Below are positions 32,676-43,741 of a DNA stretch of 64,000 bases, in pieces. The stretch is from an uncultured Chloroflexia bacterium (GTDB lineage Bacteria > Chloroflexota > Dehalococcoidia > DSTF01 > WHTK01). Position 1 is the first letter of the stretch, and each line of letters starts with the position of its first letter. The notes under the pieces are model-generated. The model saw nothing but the letters and a program-made list of their open reading frames with translations, did not search any database and was not told the DNA's origin. Both the position numbers and the translations under genes were made by a program. The stretch is from positions 398,290 through 462,289 of the forward strand of contig CAVQCN010000003.1 in the NCBI GenBank assembly GCA_963711035.1. Reading direction: 5' to 3'.

Positions 32676-33892
32676 CGGGTCTCGTCCGTTCCCTGCAAGC
32701 GAACCGTTCCTTCCCGTCGTAACTGCTCGGTTAGTAGACGCCGCAGTTCGGCAACGGCTTCGTCCAGATTATCGACTGTGACCTCCGGGTATGCCTCGGC
32801 CAACGCGGCCATGACGTCCGGCTCCGGCTGGTCGGCCAGGAGCCCGTCCAGGAAGCGCACCAGCTCATCGTCCAGCACCAGCGTGAGACCGGCAAGATCG
32901 GATGCCTGCACGACTTCGATGAAACGCTGCAGCTTGGCCTCGCTGCCGGCGGCGGGCCGGCCCAGCAGGCGCGAGACGACGCGGCGGGCCAGCCGCGCCT
33001 GCTGACCAACGAGGCCGCGTTCCAACGCCTGGCCGACCTGTCGCGCCTCGGCCAGCGGCGCCTCATCGCCCAGGGCAAAGCCGCATGCCGGGCAAATGGG
33101 CGCTTCGGCCAGATCGACGCGCAGAGTGGCTTCCTCGCGCTGGCAGGGGAAGAGGCGCTGCAGCTCTCGAAAGCGCTGCAGCGGCGTGACCGCCAGCGCG
33201 GGGCCGAGGCGTCTCAATCCATTGAGCCGTTCCAGCGCTGCCGCGACGTTCTGCAGCGCGTCGATCTGATCTGCGACCTGGGCAAGGGCGGCCTGGTGCT
33301 CTGCGTGGGCGGCCAGGTAGGGCCGAATGTAGGCTCGCTTCCAGAGGTCGATGACCCTGAGCATCCATTCGAGGAGTGTGGGCTCTGACCAGAGCCGGGC
33401 AAACGAGGTCGAGTCGAGGGTGGCGACGCGGTCGGTGGCGAGTTCGGTCTGACCTGGCGGCAGGGACGCTGCTCCCAGATACGTGCGTCCCGCCAGCAGC
33501 TGCAGTGTCCGGGCGGCGTCGCGGCCGAGGCAGCGTGCGCAGTAGATCGTTTCGCTGAAGGCCTCTGGCGTGGCGAAGCGCTCCCGGGCCCGCGCGATGG
33601 CGGCTTCAAGGCTGCGCTCGGCCGCGACGTCGGCCAGCGGCGTCAGGACGGGCAGCGCGACCGTCTGCGCGTTCGAGGCCGCAATCGCATCGGCCGTCAC
33701 GCGGTCGAGGAGGAGGAGAGGCGACGCGTCGCGGACGGCGGTCGTGGCGCCTGCCAGCGATTCGTAGAGGGCGTTCTGATAGGCGCGATATTCGGGGTCG
33801 GCCGCCATCGAGCTAATGATAGCGATGCGACCGCCCAATGGGCTTCTAGCGGGAAGTGGGCCTTGGACTCCTGCCCACAAAGCTACAAACAA
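32672..33892 (-). CDS. Hypothetical protein with CPACGF zinc-ribbon-like motif, co-transcribed with pth
   Basis: ~380-406 aa, Ala/Leu/Arg-rich, no recognised family. Overlaps the pth start by 4 nt. The start may be the internal MAADPEY. Confidence 0.45.
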   Translation of the reverse strand: MFVALWAGVQGPLPARSPLGGRIAIISSMAADPEYRAYQNALYESLAGATTAVRDASPLLLLDRVTADAIAASNAQTVALPVLTPLADVAAERSLEAAIARARERFATPEAFSETIYCARCLGRDAARTLQLLAGRTYLGAASLPPGQTELATDRVATLDSTSFARLWSEPTLLEWMLRVIDLWKRAYIRPYLAAHAEHQAALAQVADQIDALQNVAAALERLNGLRRLGPALAVTPLQRFRELQRLFPCQREEATLRVDLAEAPICPACGFALGDEAPLAEARQVGQALERGLVGQQARLARRVVSRLLGRPAAGSEAKLQRFIEVVQASDLAGLTLVLDDELVRFLDGLLADQPEPDVMAALAEAYPEVTVDNLDEAVAELRRLLTEQLRREGTVRLQGTDETR

Positions 33893-33960
33893 GCGCCCCG
33901 TGCTTCAGGCCGGGGCTTCGTGTCGAGTAGCCGCGGCTTTCAAGCCGCAGTGGGCTCGTC

Positions 33961-35133
33961 TTACCGTGCGGCGGCCACGGGCCGCATGCGCGCGACGATG
34001 TCGGGCAGCACGGCCAGCAACTGGTCGAGCTCGGCGTCGGTGTTGGCGTCCGAGAGCGTGAGGCGCAGGCCGCTGACCGCGTCGGGCATGGAGAGGCCCA
34101 TCGCGAGCAGAACGTGGGAGGGCTCCCAGGACGACATGCCGCACGCGGCGCCGGCGCTGGCCGCGACGCCGGCCTTGTCCAGGGCCAGTACGAGGTCGTC
34201 GCCGCGTACGCCGCGAATGCTGATGTTGACGTTGTTGGCCAGCCGCTCGGTCGGGTGGCCGTTGAGGCGCGAGTCGGGCACTGCCGCGAGGATGCGCTCG
34301 ATCAGCTGGTCGCGCAGCCGCAGGCAGGCCTCGACCTTGGTCTCGCGCTCGGCGGTGGCGATGGTCAGCGCCTTTGCCAGGCCGACGATGGCCGCGACGT
34401 TCTCGGTGCCCGCGCGGCGCTGTCGCTCCTGGCCGCCGCCGGTGATCTGCGAGACGAAGGGCACGCCGCGGCGCAGCACGAGCAGGCCGGAGCCCTTGGG
34501 ACCGCCAAACTTGTGGCCCGAGAGGCTGAGCAGGTCGACGCCCAGCGCGGCGACGTCGAGGGGCAGCAGGCCGGGCGCCTGCACCGCGTCGGTGTGGAAG
34601 GGGATGCGCTTGCGTAGCTCGCGGGCCCGTTCCGACACGAGGCGCGCTGCTTCCGCCACGGGCTGCAGTGTGCCGACCTCGTTGTTGGCCAGCATGACCG
34701 AGACGAGGACTGTGCGGTCGGTCACGGCGGCGGCGACGTCCGCGGGGTCGGCGCGGCCGTTATTGTCGACGGGCACGTAGGTGACCTCGAAGCCGAACTG
34801 CTCCAGGTAGTTGCAGGTATGCAGCACCGCGTGGTGCTCGACCTCGGTGGTGACGATGTGATTGCCGGCGCGCGCCTTCATCTGGGCGAAGGCGACGCCG
34901 CGCAGCGCCGTGTTGATCGATTCCGTGCCGCCGCTGGTGAAGACGATGTCGGAGGGGCGGCAGTTGAGGATGCTCGCGACCTCTTTGCGCGCGTCGTCGA
35001 TCGCCTTCTGGGCCTGTCGTGCCAGCGAGTAGGTGGCGGACGGGTTCCCGAAGCTGCCGCTGAGGTAGGGCAGCATCGTCTCCAGCACTTGGGGATGGAG
35101 GGGCGTCGTTGCGGCGTTGTCGAGGTAGATCAA
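33961..35133 (-). CDS. Cysteine desulfurase (NifS/IscS, class V aminotransferase)
   Basis: 390 aa; SGHKFGGPKG pyridoxal-lysine motif and catalytic-Cys loop (GAACGMSS). Confidence 0.9.
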   Translation of the reverse strand: MIYLDNAATTPLHPQVLETMLPYLSGSFGNPSATYSLARQAQKAIDDARKEVASILNCRPSDIVFTSGGTESINTALRGVAFAQMKARAGNHIVTTEVEHHAVLHTCNYLEQFGFEVTYVPVDNNGRADPADVAAAVTDRTVLVSVMLANNEVGTLQPVAEAARLVSERARELRKRIPFHTDAVQAPGLLPLDVAALGVDLLSLSGHKFGGPKGSGLLVLRRGVPFVSQITGGGQERQRRAGTENVAAIVGLAKALTIATAERETKVEACLRLRDQLIERILAAVPDSRLNGHPTERLANNVNISIRGVRGDDLVLALDKAGVAASAGAACGMSSWEPSHVLLAMGLSMPDAVSGLRLTLSDANTDAELDQLLAVLPDIVARMRPVAAAR

Positions 35134-35267
35134 GGTTAGGAGCTACAGGGAGAATCCGTGATCACGTGCGTACGATACGGCGGCGGGGGTGCGCTGTCAA
35201 TTTTACAGTGCCCAACCGTTCGATTGCTGAGAGTCTGCCTTCTCCATGAACATATGCTCCGAAAATC

Positions 35268-35870
35268 TTGAAAGAAATTGCTGCATATCCTATCGACATG
35301 GTCGATTTTCTGATAGAGTGCTTCTACCTGACCGCGCGGTCACGGCGAGGCAGGAGTGGAGGAGCAACGACATTGACCTCGGTGCAACATGTACCTGATA
35401 CCGCCTGGTCCGGCTACGCCGACATGGAAGAAGGCGAGCGCGAACCAATGATGCTCGATCGCATGCGCGCGCTCGCGAGCCTTGACGAGGAGGAGCGGCG
35501 CGATCAGTTGCACGGCGTCGTCGCTGCGGAATACAGCTTGCCAAACGACAAGCTGAAGCCGCTCTCGAAGTCGCGCCTGCGGGCGCTGCTGCAGCTCGAA
35601 CGCGAAGAGGCGCAGCGCTTCGCCGGCTCCTATGACGCGGCCATGCAGGCAATGCCCGCCGCGGCCGCCATGCGTCGCGTCACCATCGTCCAGTCGTTGG
35701 CCAGCGAGTTCTCGACGGAGGAAGAGGCTCAGCTCGTCGAGCTGCTGCCCAACGTCTTCGCGGGCGCCACCAGCCGCGGCGGCATCGAGGCAACGATGGG
35801 TCTCGTGCATGGCCTCGGCTCGCGCGGAGAGACGAAGAGCAAGCCCTTCTGGGCGTTCTGGAAGAAATAG
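35268..35870 (+). CDS. Hypothetical protein
   Basis: 200 aa, acidic and helical, no family recognised. Followed by a strong hairpin. Confidence 0.35.
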   Translation: MKEIAAYPIDMVDFLIECFYLTARSRRGRSGGATTLTSVQHVPDTAWSGYADMEEGEREPMMLDRMRALASLDEEERRDQLHGVVAAEYSLPNDKLKPLSKSRLRALLQLEREEAQRFAGSYDAAMQAMPAAAAMRRVTIVQSLASEFSTEEEAQLVELLPNVFAGATSRGGIEATMGLVHGLGSRGETKSKPFWAFWKK

Positions 35871-35883
35871 GCGCGTCGTTTCA

Positions 35884-35927
35884 GAAGAAGACGGCCCCGG
35901 GGTTGCGGACCCGGGGCCGTCTTCTTC
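35884..35927. terminator. 18-bp perfect hairpin (GAAGAAGACGGCCCCGGG / CCCGGGGCCGTCTTCTTC); probable terminator with a weak U-run
   Basis: Seen directly, 14 nt after the stop of the upstream + gene. Confidence 0.5.
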
Positions 35928-36018
35928 TTATACCACCTGAGTGCTCGCAAGACGGGAGCCTGGCTCATCCTGAGGCTCTCAAAGGATGAGCGACTACGAT
36001 CACAGCCTTCGCTGACAC

Positions 36019-37111
36019 CTAGTCGAACGTGATGACGGTGCGGACGACCTCGCCGGCTTCCATCGCCCGGAAGGCCTCCATCAGGTCATCGAGATGGGCG
36101 CGGCGCGTGACCATCTCGTCCAGACGCAAGTTGCCCTGCATGTAGAACTCGACGTAGCGCGGCATGTCGATGCGGAAGCGGTTGCTGCCCATCTGGCTGC
36201 CCTGAAACTTGCCCCGCATCAGCCAGCGCCCGTCGATCTCGACGTTCTGGCCCACCGGCACCAGGCCGATTACCGTCGCCGTGCCGCCCACCGCGATCGA
36301 CTGGATGCACTGCTCCGCCGTCTTCTTGCCGCCGATCGCCTCGAAGGCGTAGTCGACGCCGCCGCCCGTCATGTCGCGGATCGCCTGCACCGGGTCGTGC
36401 GAGGACGCATCGATGACGTGCGTGGCGCCGAATTCCTTCGCCGTCGCCAGCTTGTTCTCGAATACGTCCACGGCGATGATCTGCCGCGCTCCGGAGATGC
36501 GGGCGCCCTGGATCGCCGAGATGCCGATGCCGCCGGCGCCGAACACCGCGACGGTCGAGCCCGGCTCCACCTTGGCCGTGTTCATGACGGCGCCCATGCC
36601 GGTCGTGACGCCGCAGCCGATGAGCGCGGCCTGCTCGAAGGGCATGTCGTCGCGGATCTTCACCAGGGCGTGCTCGTGCACCAGCATCTTCTCGGCGTGC
36701 GTGGAGAGGCCGCTGTGCTGGAAGAGCGACTGGCCGTTCCAGCTCAGGCGTGGCTTCTGGTCCGGCGCGCGCAGCAGGTCCGGGCGGTTGGTGCAGCGGA
36801 AGGGGTTGCCGCTGAGGCACTGGTCGCAGTTTCCGCAGAAGGACGAGAGGCACATGATCACGTGGTCGCCCGGCTTCACATAAGTGACGTTGGGGCCTAC
36901 CGCTTCGACGATGCCGGCACCCTCGTGCCCCATGACGGCCGGGATGTTCATGATCGGAGTCGCCGTGCAGGTAGTGCAGGTCACTGTGGCAGACACCACT
37001 CGCCATGGTGCGCACCAGCACCTCGTTGGCCATCGGCGAGTCGATCTCGACGTCTTCGATGGCGACTTCGGGGAACGGCGCGCTGGTCTTGCGCAAAACG
37101 GCAGCTTTCAC
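36019..37111 (-). CDS. Zn-dependent alcohol dehydrogenase (MDR family) with apparent frameshift near 36950-36965
   Basis: The N-terminal frame gives MKAAVLRKTSAPFPEV...GVCHSDLHYLHGD then goes off-frame. The adjacent frame gives ...PIMNIPAVMGHEGAGIVEAVG... through the C-terminus. The two track ORFs overlap in different frames. Confidence 0.75.
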
Positions 37112-37329
37112 GATCTCTCTCCCTCTGCTTGCGTGGCGTGGTGGTGGCTGGCCGCAGTCTCGTCAAAGCGGCGTGGCGTGTCAAGGCGAAGCGGCGCCGA
37201 GGGTGACACACGTGGCGCGGAAGCGCGTTAGAACATAAGAGACCAGGACAAGGATCGTCTGGTGTCGCTGTGCCGGGAAGGAGCCGTTCGGCCTTCGCTT
37301 AACCCCTCTTCTCGACAATAACATCCAGA

Positions 37330-37932
37330 TTGACGACGGATTCGTATCTCCACTGGACGGATCTGTCGCCTCGCCCGTCTCGCTCGAAATTCGCTCTGAA
37401 TTGGGGGCCTCTTACCCTGTCCGTCGACCAATCTGCTCAGCCCGAGGGGCGAACCATGGTGACAGACGTCCGGGTCGCGACCTCGGTTGGACACGTGCCT
37501 CAAGACCTGGCACGGCAAGCGGGACGTCGCCGTGAATCGTTGCGTCTGACGCGCGGCTGGTGCGTCCTCTTCATCCTGGCCCTGACGGTTGCCGTCGATC
37601 TGCTGATCATCTCGCGCATGGTGTTCCTGATAGTCGGCGTGTCGAGCGGTGTCGGCTCGACGGTCGTCGACGTGACGAACCCCCTGGTCACGCCGTTCCT
37701 GGGCGACATCTCGCGCCACATCGACCACGACCAGACCTTCGAGCCGGAGCTGCTCATCGCCGTGGCGTTCTACGGCGGCATGGGGCTGCTGGCCGCGTTC
37801 CTGTTGCTCATCGCCGGCCTCCTTGCTCGGCTGTTCGGGTTCGTGCTCGGCGTCTTCCACTCGGAGCCTCGCGCGCCTCTGCCGATCGATGAGGGGCAGG
37901 AGGCTCGGATCCGGGACCGGGTCGGTCGATGA
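37330..37932 (+). CDS. Hypothetical small membrane protein (YggT-like?)
   Basis: TM helices. Probable start at the internal MVTDVRV (~37455). ATGA overlap with the PBP gene. Confidence 0.4.
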   Translation: MTTDSYLHWTDLSPRPSRSKFALNWGPLTLSVDQSAQPEGRTMVTDVRVATSVGHVPQDLARQAGRRRESLRLTRGWCVLFILALTVAVDLLIISRMVFLIVGVSSGVGSTVVDVTNPLVTPFLGDISRHIDHDQTFEPELLIAVAFYGGMGLLAAFLLLIAGLLARLFGFVLGVFHSEPRAPLPIDEGQEARIRDRVGR

Positions 37933-40575
37933 TCCAGCGGCGCCGGCGCAGGTCGATCCTCTTTCACCTCAGCATCCTGGCCATCCTCGCCTTCGTCGGC
38001 GTGTTCATCGCGGGCCTCGTCGCGTCGAGCGCCGCGTATGTCGTCTACCGCAACGAGGTCAGCGACTTCGTTTCGCCCGATGAGCTGGCCGTGAACCAGC
38101 CGGCGGTCGGCGCCAAGATTCTGGACCGCAACGGCAACCTCCTCTACCAGGTCGTCAGCAGCGACTACGGTATCCGCAACCCGGTGACGCTGGACAACGT
38201 GGCGCCTGCGTTCCTGGCGGCAACGATCGCGACCGAGGACAAATCGTTCTACCAGAACGCGGGCATCAACCTGCAGGGCATCCTGCGCGCGTCTACCGAA
38301 AACCTGAACTTCCTGGGCGGGAAGGACCTGTTCCAGGGCAGCGGCGGCAGCTCGATCACGCAGCAGCTGGTCAAGAACCTCTACATCCCCCAGGACGAGC
38401 GCTACGAACGCAGCCTCGACCGCAAGGTCAAAGAGGTCGTCTACGCCCTGGAGATGACGCGCCGCTACAGCAAGGACCAGATCCTGCAGTGGTACGTGAA
38501 CCAGATCAGCTACGGCGGCCTGCTCAACGGCATCGAGGCGGCGTCCGAGGGCTACTTCGGCAAGACGGCGAGCGAGCTGACCCTGGCCGAAGCAGCGCTC
38601 ATCGCCGGCCTGCCCCAGTCACCGGCCGAGTACGACCCGTACGAGCATCCCGACACCGCCATCGCGCGCCGCAACGAAGTGCTCGACCTCATGGCAAAGA
38701 TGAAGCGCGTCCAGATCGGGCCGGACCGGTACTTCGACATATCGCAGCAGGACATCGACGCCGCGAAGGATGCTCCTCTCGAGCTGAAACCGCGCGACAT
38801 CGACATCCGGGCGCCGCACTTCGTCCTCACCTACGTCATGCCGCGCCTGGAGCAGATGTTTGGCACCGAGGCCCTGCAGCGTGACGGCCTCGTCATTCAG
38901 ACGTCGCTCGACCTCGATCTGCAGAACGAGGTGCAGGGCACCCTAGAGAAGTGGGTGGCGCAGTACGAGGACGCTTCCAACAGCCACAACGGCGCCGTCA
39001 CCGTCCTCGACTCGCAGACCAGCCAGATCCTGGTCATGCTCGGCAGCCGCGACTACTACCGCAAGGACATCCAGGGCGAGAACAACAACCTGCTGGCACT
39101 GAACTCGCCCGGCTCGTCATTCAAGCCGTTCGTGTACCTGACGGGCTTCGCCGACCTGGGCTGGACGCCCGCGACCATGCTGGACGACAAGCCGACGCAG
39201 TACGTCGAGTCGGACGGCTCCATCTTCGTGCCGCACGATCCAATCAAGAACCAGTACCTGGGGCGGGTCACGGTGCGCTCGGCGCTCGGCAACTCGCTGA
39301 ACATCCCGGCCTTCAACGCGGCCAAAGCGATCGGCATCCAGTCGATCGTCGACATGGCGCACAAGTTCGGCTTCACGACGTTCAACGGCCAGTACGGTCC
39401 GTCCATCGCCATCGGCGGCACCGATATCCGCGTCCTCGATCTCGCCTACGCCTACAGCACGCTGGCGCGCGCCGGCGAGATGGTCGGCGACCCGACGGTG
39501 CTGCCGGACGATCTCGACAAGCGGCAGATGGAGCCCGTCTCGATCCTCTCGGTGAAGGCGGCGGATGGCACCGTGCTCTACGACTGGAACCAGCGCCTGC
39601 TACGCACGCAGGTCGTCTCACCGGAGCAGGCGTTCCTCGTGACCTCGATCCTGACCGACGGCCACGCCGAGTGCATCACCTTCGGCTGCGGCGGCCTGCA
39701 GTTCAGCGGCATGACCGTCGCCGTGAAGACGGGCACCAGCGAGCCCTTCGCTCCGGACGGCCCGGACGCGGGCAAGATCGGCGAGACGCTGGCCTTTGGC
39801 TACACGCCCGACTACGTCGTCGGTGTCTGGGCCGGCAACGCGGATAACTCACCCGTGCAGAACATCTACAGCACGACGATCGCGTACCAGATCATGCACG
39901 ACGCGATGCTGGAGACGTACAACGGCCGCCAGGCGACGCCGTTCGCGGAGCCGCCTGGCGTCACGCACGTCCGCATCTGCGATCGACGACGGCTGTCGCA
40001 CGGACCTCGCCCTGAAATCGCAGGTCGCTGAGCTGACGCGTGCGGCGCAGAGCAGCCCCACGCCGGCGGTGATCGATCAGCGCACCGGCCAGCCGGCGAA
40101 TGACTCGACGCCGCCGCAGTTTCTCGTGACGGCCACTCCGACGCCGACCACCACGAGCGCCAACGGCCAGCAGAACCAGGCCCAGGCTGCTCCGACGCCA
40201 TCACCGACGTCCACGCCGATCCCGGCTGCCACGACCGCTCCGACGAATAGCGGCGGCAACGCCGTGCCGCCGAGCGGCGGAAATCCCGTGGCGGTGATTA
40301 CGGCACCAAATGGCTCCGTGGCTGCGGGTAGCGTGGTTCAGATCACGGGCACGGCCACGTCTATCGCCTTCGACCACTACACGTTGCAGTACAGCAGCAC
40401 TGCGTTACCCGGGAGCTGGGTCACGATCGGCACGTCGCCGACGCCGGTGACTAGTGGCACGCTGGGCACCTGGGTCCTGAGCGGCGTTCCCAGTGGGCAA
40501 TACGTCATCCGTCTGGTCGTCGCCGACAAGGTCGGCCAGACGGCGAGTTCGATCGCCCAGATCGCGGTGCAGTAG
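37929..40575 (+). CDS. Class A penicillin-binding protein (transglycosylase/transpeptidase, PBP1A-like) with C-terminal PT-linker and beta-rich extension; apparent frameshift near 39978-39995
   Basis: GT51 motifs (GSSITQQLVKNLY), transpeptidase SSFKP, SLN, KTGT. The track ORF ends abruptly at ...VTHVRICDRRRLSHG*, and the adjacent frame continues as ...DDGCRTDLALKSQ...PT-rich...VIRLVVADKVGQ. Confidence 0.8.
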
Positions 40576-40581
40576 GAGCGT

Positions 40582-40992
40582 ATGACGAACAACGGGTTCA
40601 ACGGCGGCGGAGGCTCGCGCGTACGGTTGGCGTTCATCGCCGGCCTGACGTTCGCCGTCCTTGCCCTGGTCTGGGTTGCCGTCTTCTACGTAGCGGCCGG
40701 ACTGGCGCACGACCAGGTCGACTCCCTGAGCGACGCTACGGCGCCTGCGGCTACGCCCTCGATGGACATTCGCTTCGACTGCGAGGAGATCGAACGCACC
40801 GCCTTCCGGTCTGCCGCCGAACGCGACTGGTTCGAGTCGACGTGTCCACAGGCGCAGCGGGAGGTTCAGCCCACGCCTGCGCCGCTGCCGACGGCCGGCC
40901 CTGACCGCACCGACTGCAACGAGATTCGCGGCACGGCCTATCGCAGCCCGCAGGAGCGGCAGTTCTATCTCTCGAACTGCATCGCCAACTAG
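40582..40992 (+). CDS. Small membrane-anchored protein with two Cys-containing repeats
   Basis: 136 aa: N-terminal TM, then two ~28-aa repeats (DCEEIERTAFRSAAERDWFESTC / DCNEIRGTAYRSPQERQFYLSNC). Confidence 0.45.
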   Translation: MTNNGFNGGGGSRVRLAFIAGLTFAVLALVWVAVFYVAAGLAHDQVDSLSDATAPAATPSMDIRFDCEEIERTAFRSAAERDWFESTCPQAQREVQPTPAPLPTAGPDRTDCNEIRGTAYRSPQERQFYLSNCIAN

Positions 40993-41062
40993 GGAACGCT
41001 GCAGCATCGCCGAGGCCGCAGCGCGCTTGGACGTAAAGGACTTCTCGTCTTTTCGGGGTGCC

Positions 41063-41100
41063 TGCCGGGGGAGATGCTTCGCTGCGCTCAGCATGACAAC
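41063..41100 (-). repeat. Degenerate copy D of the ~38-nt repeat (GTTGTCATGCTGAGCGCAGCGAAGCATCTCCCCCGGCAGG)
   Basis: ATTCT/AGAAT in the other copies becomes ATGCT/AGCAT here, a compensatory change that preserves the 5-bp inverted repeat. Confidence 0.65.
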
Positions 41101-41218
41101 CGTGGGCCTCGCGGCCGCCCGAGGCCGACGCTGAGGAGCCGAGTTGCTACACTGCGCTGCGGAATGGGGCACGGCAGTGGCCGTCGCGCTTTGACACTGC
41201 AAGGGAGGAGACTGGGCA

Positions 41219-42037
41219 ATGGTTCGCACGAAAGACGGCGTTTTGCTTCTGGACAAGGAGGAGAACGGCCGTATCTGGGTGATAACCCTCAACCGGCCTG
41301 AGCGGCTCAATGCCTTCAACGGTGAGCTGCGCAAGACTCTGCACGAGACCTACTTCGAATTCGCGGCCGATGACGATGCCTGGGTCGCCATCCTCACAGG
41401 CAACGGCCGTGCATTCGGCTCCGGCCAGGATCTGAAGGAGCGGGCAGACCGCAACGCCGCAGCCCTGGAAGGCCGGCCCGATCCGATGGTGCAGATGCCG
41501 GACTACATGCGCGATATCTTCCCGCTGGCCGAATCGCTGAACTGCTGGAAGCCGATGATCGCGGCCGTCAACGGCATCGCCGTGGCCGGCGGCTTCAACC
41601 ATGCCATCCAGTGCGACATCCGTATCGCCGCCGAGTCGGCGGAGTTCGGCGTCACCGAGGTGCGCTGGAACCAGGGTGGTACGTGGATCTGGCAGCTGGC
41701 GCGCATCATCGGCATGGGCCATGCACTCGAGCTCTGTATGTGGGGCGACCGGCGAATCACGGCCCAGCGTGCCTACGAGATCGGCCTCGTCAATCAGGTC
41801 GTCCCGGACGATCAGCTGATGCCGACCGCGATGGAGTGGGCCACGCGCATGATCGACCTGGCGCCACGCTCGGTGCGCAACTTCAAAGAGCAGGTCTACA
41901 AGGCCTTCTACACAGGCCCCTTCGAGGCGCGGCGGGCCGGTGCACACCTCGAGCAGAACCTGCGCGGCATGCAGGACTCGATCGAGGGGCCGAAGGCCTT
42001 CGCGGAGAAGCGCCGGCCGAAGTTCACGAACAGCTAG
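41219..42037 (+). CDS. Enoyl-CoA hydratase/isomerase (crotonase) family protein
   Basis: 272 aa; ...ILTGNGRAFGSGQDLKE... oxyanion-hole region. Confidence 0.85.
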   Translation: MVRTKDGVLLLDKEENGRIWVITLNRPERLNAFNGELRKTLHETYFEFAADDDAWVAILTGNGRAFGSGQDLKERADRNAAALEGRPDPMVQMPDYMRDIFPLAESLNCWKPMIAAVNGIAVAGGFNHAIQCDIRIAAESAEFGVTEVRWNQGGTWIWQLARIIGMGHALELCMWGDRRITAQRAYEIGLVNQVVPDDQLMPTAMEWATRMIDLAPRSVRNFKEQVYKAFYTGPFEARRAGAHLEQNLRGMQDSIEGPKAFAEKRRPKFTNS

Positions 42038-42104
42038 GCCACTCGTTGGGCTAAAGAGAACCGGGAGCATCGCTTGCTCCCGGTTCTCTTGTCTCGGACG
42101 CTGC

Positions 42105-42512
42105 TCAGTCCCGCTTGGGACCAAAGAAGGGCATTTTGCGCGGATAATCCTTGGCATACGTGTTGCCCGGCGGCATCGCGTCCATCTGGTTGTAGCGGCC
42201 GATGACCTCGACCCAGCGTGAGAGGTAGCTGGATGTGACCTCGTAGCGGAAGAAGCGCGCCTTGCCGCGAATCTCCGGGTTCGGCTCGTTCTCCGAGAAG
42301 TGGTCGATGAGCTTGCCGCGCAGGCCGTAGCGGGCACGGCTACCGGCGTAGCCGACGTAGAGCACGCGCATCGACTCGTCGGCGATCTCGTAGACGCCGT
42401 TGCTGCCCGAGAGCTTGGCGGCGGCGGGCGTCCAGAGGGGCGTGCCCTCGTAGTTGCGCCAATCCTTCCATGGCATGCGAATCTGCCAGCTGGCGCGGTC
42501 GACGTTGGTCAT
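42105..42512 (-). CDS. Hypothetical protein with GIY-YIG-like motif
   Basis: 135 aa from ATG at 42510-42512; GVYEI...VLYVGYAG...LRGKLIDH. The track N-extension is rejected. Confidence 0.4.
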   Translation of the reverse strand: MTNVDRASWQIRMPWKDWRNYEGTPLWTPAAAKLSGSNGVYEIADESMRVLYVGYAGSRARYGLRGKLIDHFSENEPNPEIRGKARFFRYEVTSSYLSRWVEVIGRYNQMDAMPPGNTYAKDYPRKMPFFGPKRD

Positions 42513-43740
42513 GGTGCAGTCCTTTCGACTGGGAGAACGGTGGCGCCGGCCTCGACAAGGGCGTCGATCTCCGCCTCGGTCATGCCGAGGAGGTCGCGCA
42601 GCACCGTTTCGGTGTGTTCGCTTTGTTGCGGGCCGCGTCGTGAGACGATGCGTGAGTGACGCGCCGTCCAGCCGGCGCGGCTGACGCGCAGAGTTTGGCC
42701 GTCGCCCATGTCGATTGCGTTGAAGGCGTTGCGATGCAGGTACTGAGCGTCCTCCGCGATCTCGGCAGTACTCAGTACGGCACCGGCCGGCACGCCGGCC
42801 TGCTGCAGCAGGTGCATCGCCTCGATGTGGTCTTGTGTCGCCGTCCAGGCCGTGATCTCGGCGTCGAGGCGGTCCTCGTTGCGCTTGCGGTCGACGGCTG
42901 TAGCGAAGGTGGGCTCGGTGGCGAGGTCCGGACGGCTCATAACGTTGCACAGCGCCGTCCATTCCGCATCGTTCGTCGCCGTGATCGCGAGCCACTTGTC
43001 GTCGCCGCGGCAGGGGTAGATCGAGTGCGGCGCCAGCATCGGGTCGCGGTTTGCCATGCGCTGGTCGACGCGGCCGTTGAGCGCGTAGTCGAGCACGTAC
43101 TCGCCGACGAGCTGCGTCTCGCCGTCGCGCATCGCCACCTCGATCATCTGCCCCTCGCCCGTCTTGCGTCGGTGGTAGAGGCCGGCCATGACGGCAAGGG
43201 CGGCGTGGACGCCGGCGTTGTAGTCGCAGTAGTAGTTGCCGGGCTTGAGGGGAGGCTTGTCCGGGTAGCCCGTCAGGAACGAGAGGCCGCTCATAGCGTC
43301 GATGCCGGGGCCGTAGGAGGTCATGTTGGCGCGCGGGCCGGTCCGTCCGAAGGCGGGCATGGACACGGAGATGATGCCGGGGTTGATCTTCGCCAGATCT
43401 TCGTACTCCAGGCCCCAGTTACGCATGACGCGCGGGCTGAAGTTCTCGATGACGACGTCGCTGATGGCGACGAGGCGTTTGATTACGTCACGCGCTTCCG
43501 CCGTGCCCATGTCGAGAGCAATACCGAGCTTGCTGCGGTTGCGCTCCTGGAAGCTGGACCAGTGGTTCGTGCTGCCCCAGCCATCGGCCGGCGCCGTGGG
43601 GCGGGCTGCGCGTGTGCTCGACCTTGATCACCTCGGCGCCGAGCTCGCCCAGCAGCGACGTGCCGACCGGGCCTGCGACCACGATCGTGAAGTCGAGGAC
43701 GCGGACGCCAGCCAGTGGCGGTACGGAAGCGTCGACGCGC
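42509..43740 (-). CDS. CoA transferase family III (CaiB/BaiF) protein with apparent frameshift near 43590-43640
   Basis: The N-terminus MRVDASVPPLAGVRVLDFTIVVAGP...GAEVIKVE is in one frame. The rest (...FQERNRSKLGIALDMGTAEARDVIKRLV...) is in the adjacent frame. ATG overlaps the upstream TGA. Confidence 0.7.
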
Positions 43741-43741
43741 A

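Noticed and set aside
35290-35810. Minus-strand ORFs antisense to the 35268..35870 hypothetical gene
   Set aside because: R/A-rich shadow ORFs; the + strand ORF has the better start context and is followed by the hairpin.
42105-42995. 296-aa extension of the GIY-YIG-like gene
   Set aside because: The upstream 160 aa is Arg/Gly/Pro-rich shadow sequence overlapping the CoA-transferase gene.
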